A stretch of DNA of 64,000 bases from Trypanosoma brucei (Eukaryota): NCBI GenBank assembly GCA_000002445.1, contig CM000208.1:2112001-2176000 (forward strand), read 5' to 3'. Made by a program: the position numbers and the translations under genes. Below the pieces are notes generated by a model. The model did no database searches, had not been told where the DNA came from, and worked only from the letters and a program-made list of their open reading frames with translations. Shown in pieces: positions 49,451 to 60,800 of this stretch (position 1 is its first letter; the number at the start of each line of letters is the position of its first letter).

Positions 49451-52400
49451 AGGAAATGTGGCTGAGTGGGAGGGTTAAATCAGTTGTTGTAATTGCGAAG
49501 AATGGATGCATGGGCGTGGGCGTGTGTAAGTGGAGGGAGAGAGAGGGAGGGAGAGAGAGAGTCGCAGAAGCAGACAAGAAGACAAAACAAAGCAAAAAAA
49601 AATACTGAGATAAAATAAAATAAAATCAAAGTCTCGGAGGGAGAGAAGGAAAGACAAACACGAAAGACGGATAACTGATATGGAGAAGGATTGCCCTTGG
49701 TGTCTTATACTCTCATTTTTTTTGTTTTTACCGTGATTAGTGTATTCATGCTGCATATCTTGCGTCTGCTCCTTTCGCTTTTCGTTAGTTCCGTGACGTC
49801 ATGTCGTTATCTTTTGGTGGGGATGTGCGCCTTCTCAGGGGCGGTTATTGAGGGAAGAAAAAGAAAAAAAACACGCACAAGAAGAAAAGAAATGTGTATT
49901 TGTAGTTTTCGAACTTTTAGTTGTATTGTTTGTCTTTCTTTTTTCTTTTTCTTTCTTTGTTTTGCCTCTTGCTTGGGTAGGTGACAGTAGCGATTGCGTA
50001 TGGAACTGATGCATTTGGAGGTGAGGGAAGGAGTCGAAGAGAGAAGGAAGGAGAAAAAGAATGGAAGGAAAGAAAAGATGGAAATGCGGCTCCTGAAGTG
50101 TTTAAAAGACGTATACTTTCTTTCATTGCATTTCTTTCTTTCTTTCCTCCCGTGTCTTTTAATTATTTATCATTATTATTATCATTATAAACTGTATTGT
50201 AGTTGTTTTGGAAGGTATGCACCGCGTCGGTCTTAAGAAGACGGCCACCATGTGTAGGGGAGATAAAAGGAGGAGGTGGATGGAATGACATTATGTCTGT
50301 ACAGTTATAGTAGTGAGTAGAAGGAATGAAGTCTTCTTTCCCTCCTTTCTTGCCTCACTCATGTTTCTAATTGCATTTATGTCTCCAATCGTAGCAGTAA
50401 TGTTTGTGCTGAAGGGAATAAGTGGGCCCCCCCCTCCATTCCGCATTCATCCATCCATGCCTTTTTGTTAAACCTCTCCTTTTTAGTTGGTGTTTCTTGA
50501 CTCTTCTAATGTTTTTCTTTTTTGCCTTCGTTTCGTTAGTTCCCCCCTTCGCTGAATTTTTGAGTTGTTGATACATCCTTTTTGCAGTGCGTCCTCGAGT
50601 GTTTCGTTACCGTGTTGCACGTTTGGCTGAGCGTTCCGTCGCCTTGTTGATGTTCTGTTGTTGTCATTTAGAAACATTTTTTATTTTGTTTTTGCGTTCG
50701 CTCTGCTTTAACCTTTCCCTCCCTCCCTCCCTTTCGCTTCGCTTCTATTATCATTATTTTTATGCATTTTTCACTTTTCCCGTCAAAACACTCCACCATG
50801 CAAACTTATTGTTATTTTTCGGTATTCCCTTTCCATTTCATTGTGAGCTGCAAACCTCGATGTTTTTGCTTTTGTTTTGTTTTCTTTTTTTTCTTTTCTC
50901 CTTCTTTCTTTTGTCGGGCATATGATTTCAGTTTCCTCCTCCCCCACACTCCTCATCTTCCGCATTCTCTTTTTTTTTTTTCTCCCTCTCTTCTTTTGAT
51001 TGCTCCCATGGCTCTTATTTGTATATTTTAAGAATTGCGGTTCAGATGAATATTGAGGGTTGAGGCACTGACTTTCAATGCAAAAGGCAAAAGGCAGAAA
51101 CAACACTAACAATAAAAAAAACAATAACGAAAAAGAGAAAACGCAAAATAGGTGGTCGGACTATATTTTCTGTCATGTACGCGTGCCCCTTTTATTTATC
51201 TGTTTCGGTTCTTCTAACTTCTTTCAAGCACACATATGTAGATAGATATACATTTATTTTTATGTATGAGTGCTTGTAAATCATAGAACTTTTTTTTTTC
51301 TCTTTTTTAAATAATCAAATATATATATATATTTATATAAACATATTTATTAGAGGGTAATGGGTGCTGAGGATTTAATAAGAGGGATGCAAAAAGAGAG
51401 GAGTGACAGAAGGGGAATACATGTACAAATATGCATGAATAGATATATGTGAGGTTCGGGAGGGAAGCAAAATAACTTTCGGAAAAGTTGACACACACAC
51501 ACAAAAAAAAAGAGAAAAGAAGAATGCAAAAGAAAAATAATAATAATAAAATAGAAGCAGCACGCAGTAAAGGAAAAGAAAGAAATAAAAAGATGTGTTT
51601 CCTCAGTAAAGTGATTGGTGTGCTAAAGCTGTGGTGCATGTGCGTTCTTGATGCGCCGTCTTTATTTATTTATTCTTCTTCTTTTGCTCAATTTTTTTTT
51701 TTTTGTGTGTGTGTGTGGTTGAGTAGATTCAGCAGTGGAAAAGGAGAAAAGGAGGAGAGGAGTCGCTGTCGTATTTTTATTGTTGGGTGCGTGAGCGCGT
51801 TGGCACATAACAAAAACCAAAACAAAAACAAAAACCGCTTTGGGACCATTATATTTTGTCCATACAAATGGTCCCGCGCATAAAAAGGTTGCTCCCCTTC
51901 AAGCAGTGGCGAGACGTTGTACTTCTTCTTACATTTGACTCCTCCTTTTCTTTTTCTTTTTCTTTTTTTTTCTTTTCCCCTTGTGTTACTTCTATGGTTT
52001 CTGTCACATATCTATTTCCCCTTTCCCCTATTTTTTCTTGTTTTCTTTTATATTTTTCATCCACTTCCTCTTTAGTCAAAACCAAAGGAATAATCAAAGG
52101 AAATACATTTTTAAAGCAATAGGGGGAATTCACATTATTTTATGTTGGATTTTTGTTTTGTTTTGGCGAAGCTGCTGCGATGTTGCCATGAACGCGAGCC
52201 GACGTGACGTTTGTGGTGGTGCTCCTCAACAAATGCGGTTAAAAACTTTGCGGCTCGGCATTTTTCTTTTTCTTTTTTTTTTTTGTAGAAATTTGCCTGC
52301 GTTTCCGCACCATGAAGGGATAAGAGTGCGTTGGGTTGTGTCATAATGCTGAAGTCAAAGAAATTACAACTTGGTTCGTTTTCGATCCGTTTAAACGTGC

Positions 52401-52484
52401 ATTTAAGGATGGAAGTTTGGAATGAAATTTTGTGCGAATATTTGAGATCGTTTCGCTGCTCGTGTGGATTTTGCTTTCCACAAA

Positions 52485-52517
<33 letters not shown>
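52485..52517. repeat. (ATT)11 trinucleotide repeat
   Basis: Direct reading shows attattattattattattattattattattatt. Confidence 0.9.
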
Positions 52518-52939
52518 GTCATCATTATTTTCGTTTCTTCAAGCTACCCTATTCATGAGCTCTTGTTACTCTGCTTTTTTTTTTTTGAAAGAAGCAAAAG
52601 TGAAGAACAACGCGTTTGCCAAAAAAGCAACAACAGATAAACAAACATAAATAACAAACGTTGTAGAGGCAAAACGGACAAAATAAAGGACGGCCGAATA
52701 AAGGGGGAGGATCCAACAAAATATAGAACAAACAGACGGGCAAAAGCTGTCGAGCGGGTAGATAAATAAGTTCACCCCTTTTCAAAGGGGGAAAAGGAAA
52801 GAAGAAACCAAACAGCCAACCAGGCAATCAAAAGGGCGTGAGTCACCCTGTGGTTATTGAAAGGAAACAAAAAAAAAAGAAAAAAAATTAGAGGCTGAAG
52901 AGGTGCGTTGGTGGCACGGGTTCGGGTGAGGAAGTGAAT

Positions 52940-52980
52940 AGAACTGCATCATCATTTTTTTTTTTTTGGTTGTGTGTAGG
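52940..52980 (+). promoter_or_regulatory. poly-T tract with AG: candidate trans-splice acceptor for the CDP-alcohol phosphotransferase gene
   Basis: The sequence catcatcatttttttttttttggttgtgtgtAGgccgcaATG places AG 8 nt before the start codon. Confidence 0.5.
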
Positions 52981-52985
52981 CCGCA

Positions 52986-54284
52986 ATGAACGCGCCTCAC
53001 AGAACTCCCGGCAGCAATTCCGCTGGGAATACCGGCCCCGGGTCACACCGGTCCCGCTGCATTAGTTTAGATCCACGGGTTCATGAACACATTCCACCGC
53101 ATTTCCTACCGAATTTGGCCAAATACAAATATAGCGGTAGTGACTCTGGCATAATTTCGAACTATGTCATGCAGCCATACTGGAACTTTATCGTAAGTCT
53201 TGTTCCCATGACTGTCGCGCCCAACGCCATTACCGTCACGGGGTTTGTGATGTGCCTCTCTTCTGCGCTTTTGGTTATGTTCTTTTACTACTTCGGAAAT
53301 GCCGAGTATCCTTGTTGGGTGTGGCTGTATGCCGTCATATGCCTTTTTGCGTACCAGACACTTGATGCAATAGATGGAAAACAGGCCCGTCGTACTAATA
53401 CGGGGTCACCACTTGGTGAATTGTTTGACCATGGGTGTGACGTCATATTAACACCTTTTGTACAAATGATGATATGCTGTGCTCTAAATACGCCTCCCTG
53501 TGTTACCTTTGTGTACATCACACTCTCATCATGCGCAGTCTTTGGTGCCATCTGGGAGCAGTTTGTCACCGGTACACTTGACTTCGGTTACGTCAATGGT
53601 CCCACTGACGGCATATTGCTCGCGTGCGGTATTTTTCTCATCACAGCCATCATGTCACCAGCCGTGTGGGATACTCAAGTGGCTGGACCTTACGAGGTGC
53701 CGTTGCCGTCATGGTTAGGCAGTTGCGGTGGCTCGTTCGTGATTGGATCAGTGCGGAGTATGTTATTTACCTTTTATGTGGTATCTGGGACTCTGACACT
53801 GCTAACAAACATATTGCATGTTTTAAAAAGGCCAAACATTCAGAAACCTGGTATGGCCGTGACAACTGCCCTACCGGTTGTCTGCTTGCTGGTACTTCAC
53901 GTCTGGATGTATCTGGTTTACCGCCCCATCCATGAGAAGTATCCATATGCACTGGAGTTGAGTTTTCACGTTTTGATATCTTACACTGCCACACGCATGA
54001 CTGTTTCCAGGTTGTGCGCAATGCCGTTTAACCTTTTCAGTGGGTTGTTTATCATTACACTACTCTTCACTGTTGCTCCGCTCTTCATCCACACCTACTT
54101 GCCTCTTGCTGAGGAAAAATATGTATTGCCATCACTTGGCTCCGCCACAGTGGCGCTTGCAGTACTGGGGTTCTGGCAGTACTTCCATATGATTCTTTCC
54201 GTTATCACACAGATGGCGTACTTTCTTCGCATTTCGGTTTTTTCTATTACATCGCGTCATGACTCCAACACGAAGTGGGAGTAG
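52986..54284 (+). CDS. CDP-alcohol phosphotransferase (choline/ethanolamine phosphotransferase, CEPT/EPT-type)
   Basis: This is a 432-aa ORF. The family signature D-G-x2-A-R-x8-G-x3-G-x3-D-x3-D is present as DAIDGKQARRTNTGSPLGELFDHGCD (nt about 53366-53443). Eight to ten hydrophobic segments are typical of CPT1/EPT1. The upstream sequence is a poly-T tract (52955-52968) followed by AG. Confidence 0.9.
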   Translation: MNAPHRTPGSNSAGNTGPGSHRSRCISLDPRVHEHIPPHFLPNLAKYKYSGSDSGIISNYVMQPYWNFIVSLVPMTVAPNAITVTGFVMCLSSALLVMFFYYFGNAEYPCWVWLYAVICLFAYQTLDAIDGKQARRTNTGSPLGELFDHGCDVILTPFVQMMICCALNTPPCVTFVYITLSSCAVFGAIWEQFVTGTLDFGYVNGPTDGILLACGIFLITAIMSPAVWDTQVAGPYEVPLPSWLGSCGGSFVIGSVRSMLFTFYVVSGTLTLLTNILHVLKRPNIQKPGMAVTTALPVVCLLVLHVWMYLVYRPIHEKYPYALELSFHVLISYTATRMTVSRLCAMPFNLFSGLFIITLLFTVAPLFIHTYLPLAEEKYVLPSLGSATVALAVLGFWQYFHMILSVITQMAYFLRISVFSITSRHDSNTKWE

Positions 54285-54550
54285 GAGTTGCATTGATTTT
54301 GCTGACTTTGCAATGTGGTGTTGAAATTATTGGTGAAAGGGATGTGGGGAAGTTGAGACCCTAGGCACTATCATCACTAGATCACAAAAAGAGAAAGTAG
54401 CTGTTGATTGGTGAATCAATTAAGAGGAACCATCAACTGTATGTGCGTCTGTGAGTAGTGGGAACGGTAGTGAAGTGGTCTTAACATATGATGTAAACCA
54501 AAGATGGTTTTTCCATCTTCTTTTTTCTTTTTTTCCCCCGTTGGAGTCAA

Positions 54551-54575
54551 GGGAGGGAGGGAGGGGGGGGGGGGG
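54551..54575 (+). repeat. G-rich tract (GGGA)3 followed by G13
   Basis: Direct reading shows gggagggagggagggggggggggggg. Confidence 0.9.
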
Positions 54576-55348
54576 AATAGGAAACAGGGAGAGAATAGAA
54601 GAAAGGAGTGGAAAGGTGGGAAGGTTTAGAGAAGCGGTGAGTTGAAGGAGAGGCATGCTAAGAAGATGGAGGGAAAAGTTGAGTGTCTTGTTTGTGCCTC
54701 TTATCGATTGTTCCGTTTTCTGCTTTTGCTTTTTTATCATTGATGGTACAATTTTATCTTTTCGTAAAATATGCGTCGCTTGGTTAGTTGTTGCTGTTTT
54801 TTTTTTCCTTCCTTCACTTCGCGGAGATTGCACCGTAGCAGTGGTGAGCAGTTGGGAAAAGGGGAAAAACAAAGAGGAAAAAAAGGAACGAAGGTGTAGT
54901 CGAGGAAGTAACGCGGAGGAAAGGAATATGAAGCAAATACAAGCACAACAAGAACAGGAGATGTGTTGTATATCTAAATAATAATACTAATAATAAGGAA
55001 AAAGGCATTGAAGGAAAGAGTTCGAGATAAATCTATTTCTCACTATTTGTCCAATCTCACCTTTTGCGTGTTACTACGGGAGGGCGCCGTTGCGGGAAGG
55101 GAATTCCGAACTACTTTTGAATGACCGGATTTTTTCTTTTTTTTTAAAAAAAACTTTCCTCAGCTGGTATTATAGCTGCATAACTTACTGTTTTGTTTCG
55201 TTGTGTCTTTTTTTTTTTTTTAAATGACCATCGCCTTATATCACCCTCTTTTCTCAGCATGTGCTTTTATGGAGGGTTTGAGTGGAGAGAGGGCGGTTGT
55301 GTTTCGGTTTCGGTTCCACAAACTAGTCGTACGTTTATATACGCGTAT

Positions 55349-55372
55349 GTATATATATATATATATATATAT
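55349..55372. repeat. (TA)12 microsatellite
   Basis: Direct reading. Confidence 0.85.
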
Positions 55373-57705
55373 CAGTATGCAATTATGTGTATGTATTTCC
55401 ACGTGTATATTTGTAAGTGAATCGGGTCTAATTACTTCCTCTCCAATCAAAATGGGCTTATGCTGTTGTCAGGTTGCGGTTTCTTCGTCTGCTTTAACGC
55501 TGATTTTTCACATATTTACTCTGATTGCTTCTCTGTTCGGTTTGTTTGTGTTACTTTTCTTCTTTCTTTCTTTTCTTTTCCTTTTTTCATCTTTATCTTT
55601 TTTTTTTCGCATTATTTGTTGTTCATGTTGTGGCTGATGTTGGTTATTTTTCCGCCTGGGTTGTGGGAGGACCACCGAACTTTTCCCTCATCTCCCGCTC
55701 TAGGCGCATGTTCTGTACTTTATTTCCTGTTTTTTTTTTTTTTGGTCTTCGTCTTCATTCCTCTTTTCTTTTCCACGTGCTTATTTCACTTTGTTGTTGA
55801 ACAACACTGTCCTTGTTGTACTGCGGTTATGCACACGCCAACAGCTCGCCTTCAGGTATAAATTTTATGCGGCCTGTCAATATGGTGTGGTGGATGTTGT
55901 GTTAACTTCGACCTTTACTTTTATAATTTTATAATTATAAAATTCTCTACTTTTCTACTGTTTTGTTTTGTTTAGTTTTGTTTTTTTTTTTTTTTCACCA
56001 CGCGTGCCGTTGTTTGTGTTTTGCAGAGGGTTCTGACGTCTCTCACGATATGCATCCGTTTGCATTCTTACTGTTCTTATACATTTGTTGTTAGTTTGTT
56101 TTTGTCGACGAATGCGACTCGATTTTTTTTTCCCCCTTTTTCCCTTTATTTCCTCTTCTTTTTTTCCTTTTCCTTTTCCCCTTTCATCAATCCTCTTTTC
56201 GTTTTTTATGATCAATTCAAATAAAACATGGCTTTGGTTTTGGGAGGATGGGGGGAGGAGAAGTGTAGACATGTTGGGGAAGTGAATTAAAATGAAATTG
56301 AGGAGTGGATGGTGGTGATGTTGAAATGGAAATGAGAAATGAGAAAAGCGTCCACTTGTGCCACACACACACACATATGCATAAGGGTGGGAGGGGGGTG
56401 CAATTTTTTTTTTTTTTTCGTGGCATGCTCATGGGGAAAGACGTTTCTTGAGAACATGTTGTTGTTTATTGTTGCCATTGTTGTGTTTAACACCGTTTAA
56501 ATTTTTGTTTCCTCCTGTTTTCTTTACCTTTTCACTCAGCACAGTAAAATTGGAGCGTTGGGCAAATAAGTGTGACAAGGGAGAGAGGAAGAAGAAGAAG
56601 AAAAAAAAAAGGGAGTTCCGTAAGACAAACATTAATATGAGTGAATCAACATTTGTTGGTGTGACTGTTTACATGCACATGTTCTTTGAGGAGTTCTTTC
56701 CGTTTGACACACTTTCAGTTCGATGCTTTTTTTTTTCCTTTCTCTCATGTTGGTGCTGTTAAAACACAGGCGGTGTGGTTCTATTTTCATACGGATAAGG
56801 GGTGTAATTTAAAGAAGTAATATGTGGGGATATGAAGGGAGAAAGAACGAGGGATAGGATTCAAACAACATATTGTTGTGAAAATAAAAATAAGTGTGAT
56901 AAGCAATTGAGCACTCCAGTGCCTTGCCTGGCGCTGTTACCCCTAAGTTTGAATTGAGATAGAGTGTCAAAAACGGTAAGTGGCCACCAGAAAACGAAAC
57001 AAAGGGGAAAAGATGGGTTAAACTAACGGAAAATGCAAAAAAAAAATGAATGGGGAACCTCTTGTGTGTTGTTATGTCTCTTGTCATGCCCGCACGGGAT
57101 GTGACCAACTGGTTGACACCCAGAATTGATGGTTAAAGAGAGATTCTGTAACTTTCTGTTCAAACTAAAGCCCTGGTGACTGACCGATATCGCGTATGCC
57201 ATGTAATGTGTGCGTGTGTGCGTTTGTGTCTGTTGTTTAATGATAGATAGGTGACCCCAATCGGTAAATATTTGGTATCAAGGACACTTCCGTCTTTTTT
57301 TTTTTTGGCTAATTTTTAAGTGTATCCGAAAATGTTGCTCTGTATGTGTAATGTTAGCATGACTTCTTTCCCCCACCCTCTGTATTAAATAAACGTAGTA
57401 GGTTGTTTATGTACTTTCTGGTTTACTTTTTTGCGACAAATTCTCCTTCTTCGCTTCTTTTTTTTTTTTGAATGTTATCCAGAGCTACGGGACGGAAGAG
57501 TGTAGCGTGGTCAAACGTCCTTCGGTGTATTTAACCAGACAGCGCTGAGGAGGAAGTGGCTGCTACCCTCTAAAGGACAACGTGGCTACTGTTTTTCCAC
57601 CGGGCCGGTCCGTCGCTTGACAACATTAGAGGAGATAGCTACGACAGCACCAATAAAAGAAGAAGAGTTTGGAGACCAAACACGAGCACACACACACATA
57701 CACGG

Positions 57706-57727
57706 ATATATATATATATATATATAT
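57706..57727. repeat. (TA)11 microsatellite preceded by a (CA)n stretch
   Basis: Direct reading shows cacacacacatacacggatatatatatatatatatatatata. Confidence 0.85.
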
Positions 57728-57865
57728 AAGCTATAAAGACTATAATTTACACAATATAAGTGTGTAAAAACAGAAGGTTGAGGAATACATAACGAAGAAG
57801 GTGTGGGAAAGGGGCACACCGGTACACAAAGTTGACTGAACCCGTCCATTTAAGAGCTGGAAAGA

Positions 57866-60800
57866 ATGAACAGCAACAGTCTTCTGGGGGAACTGGCGAA
57901 GGAGTGCGCTCCTTTGCTGCTCGCTCCTCGCGCTGACGATCCCGACGCTGTTGTGCGCCGTCTGCGGATTCTTCCAGCTGATGGTATTTATCGCTGTTCC
58001 AGCCGTGATAGCATAATAACTCCCTACGTGTTTTCGGGCGACGCAGAACACTCGGCACCACCTAATCACTCACTGACGCCGGAACAATCGGGTAGCGTGG
58101 TCACTTCCGACATTCTAGGAATTTCGACTGAAGTGTGTCCACTTCAAACAGCCCTCTCACTCGCTTCGGTTGAATGTGTAGCCGCAAATCAGAAGCATTT
58201 ATTCGAACTGAATGTCTTTCTTCAGCTGCTGCGCCAGGCACCGGCGAGTTACACTAGTTCTTTATTTTGGAGTGTGCTTATTCGGCGGCTTGGGGAGCTA
58301 GGCTTCTACGAAATAATGAAAGGAAATATAAACACCCTGTGGGCGAGAATTGGCCGACAGTTGCTTCGCAGTGGAGAGATGTTCAACGCTTTACGCCTTC
58401 TTCAAACTTCCTGTGATGTTGTTCTACACTACAGTGAGCACGCTGTGCAGTATCCTCCGGACGCAACGTTGCTTGGTGAGTTCGCTGTGCTCGCTCGTCA
58501 GATGTGGGCGGAGAGTTCGTCGCCCGTGGTGAGGCGCTGCGCCCTTGTAGTTTCTGCTTTTCTGACAAAGTTTGCCGACTTGGTACCACTCGACCTGTTG
58601 AGCGACGCCAGCGAAACAAAACGTGATGCTCCCCACTTACTCGCGGTCGTTGCGAAGGCACCTACACTTTTCAAGGAGGAGGAGGAAACCGCTGCCGCGG
58701 GGGAAAATCTTCGTGTAGTATTAACAGTCGCGTTCACAACTACAGCTTACTCAATTCCCACCACGATGTACTTTCGTGGTGAGGGCCCTCAGTCCGCCTC
58801 GTTGTCACTTGTTCAACACCGCTTTGCTTCGGCACTCCACCAGCTGCTGGTATTAGCTTCATATGGGTTCTGGGATCATTTTTCTGCCGAATCACTGCTC
58901 TCTTTGACTGAGGCGTCGGCTGTTTACTCGCGTTTGTGGAACTCTTTTCCCCCCAAGATGTTCACGCTCTGGGGTCGTATATGCCAAAATAATCTTGTGA
59001 CCTCCTGCAAAATGTACACATCGTCCCTCTTCAATTATTGTATTTCCGCCGCTGCTTATCATTACAGTCTCGGGGAGTTGGAGGGCATTACTCGTCGTTA
59101 TGCCGTAGGGGACGTCTCGCACGGTGGGGAGCCGTCAAGTACGGAGCCACTTCAGGCAGCAGACGAAGGGCAAAAACGTGGAAGGCAGCAAGAACAGCAT
59201 GAGGATGTAAGTGAAAGAATCCTTGGGAGTGGTGCTGACGCCTGTGAGAAGCTTGACATTACTCCACACTTGAGGGAAACATTTCGATTAATGGTTACCG
59301 GATGGGGCTCGTTCCAGCCCGGTGACAGGAATTTTCTACGCAGTGGTCTCGTTGTGTTGCACGTGTTGTTGCTTAACTACCCGTATCAACTGGAGGAGTT
59401 GGGGAAAGCAATTGGATTTGATGTAGGCCAACTGCTTCATGGCATTGTAATGGGTCTTTTAGCAAGCGACGTTGATAGTGCACAAATAATGGAGACGGTT
59501 TACTCCATCATTTTCCGTTTTTACGAGATGTTCGACATTTTCGATGTCGTTTCCAACCTCTTGCCGCCACAGGTGATGGCCGATGTGGGCCTAAAGTGTG
59601 AAACAACAGAAAAGGCGCTTATGCAAGCACAGCTTTATGGGGCGCTGCTTGAAACGCATGGAGAGGACATATCGCCTCTTCCTTTACTGGAAGCAGCAAC
59701 ACACATAAGCCGTGGCGCCATTTTGCGCTTCTCCTCCGCCACTTCATTTTTTGTTAAGTGGTTCACTGTTACTGAAAGGTCACTTTTGTTGCAACCGCGA
59801 GACGCCCTGGTCGACCTGTTCTCCCTTAAGGGCGCCGGTGACAAGTTGGTTCAATGCCTCTGTGAAGGTGCTCTTGCCCTTGTCCGTGAACTTCAGTCGG
59901 GTAACGTAATTATCGACGGGTTTCCTGTGGCACCGGTGTTGGAGAGCGTTATCAGTTGCATTTCTTCCGCTGTCTTGTATGGAGGTCAACAAAACGCATT
60001 GGTTGCATGTGCCATTGCCGTTCACGGTGAGGGCGACGTCCCCGCCTCTCTCATGTTGTTCTGTTTAGTATTTGCCGCCAACGCAAATATTACCTTACTA
60101 GAGTCCTCTGCCAGGCTACTGGCGTACGTTGTAGAGCATTCGGATGAGGGGCTCTTTACCACCCTGAGACTTCATACCTCGATTGAGATGAAAAAACGAC
60201 TGCTTGCAGGGTTGCATCAACAACTGGGGTCGGCCGCCTCTGCCGATTCTACAGGCGCAAGGATGGTGCGTCTTGCGACTCTCCACCACCTGCTACGCTT
60301 TGACCCAGCCGCATTCTATTACCTCATGGCTGCTGAGGACCACGGAAAGGAATCCGCGGAGCTACGAATTACGCCCTTCTTGCGTGATGTTGTTAAGTCT
60401 TCGGACACTACGGCACTTGAGAAATCGGAAGCCCTCGCTTGTCTCAAAGCACTTGACGATGTGGGTGTTTCTACAACCGAGGTTGCAACCCTGTTATCAA
60501 ATATGCGGGTCGATTCTCCGATCACCGGGGGTGTTTTAACTGCTGCGGCAGTTTATTATGCCTGCGGCGTATACTTTCATAAGTACAAGTTGGACGGTGG
60601 GGAAAGCAGTGTGGCCCCAACAGGGAAGGGAGTAACTCAGCGGTTGAGGTTGTCGGATTCTTTTACGGTAAACATGATGCAAGGAAAGGTATTGATAGGC
60701 CCCTCAGATGAGGCGTGTAAGATGCTGAAGTTCAGCTGTGAGGCGCTAAAGCAGTGTATTAGTTTTTACGAGCAGACCGCAAAGCATCTTCGCTATGGTG

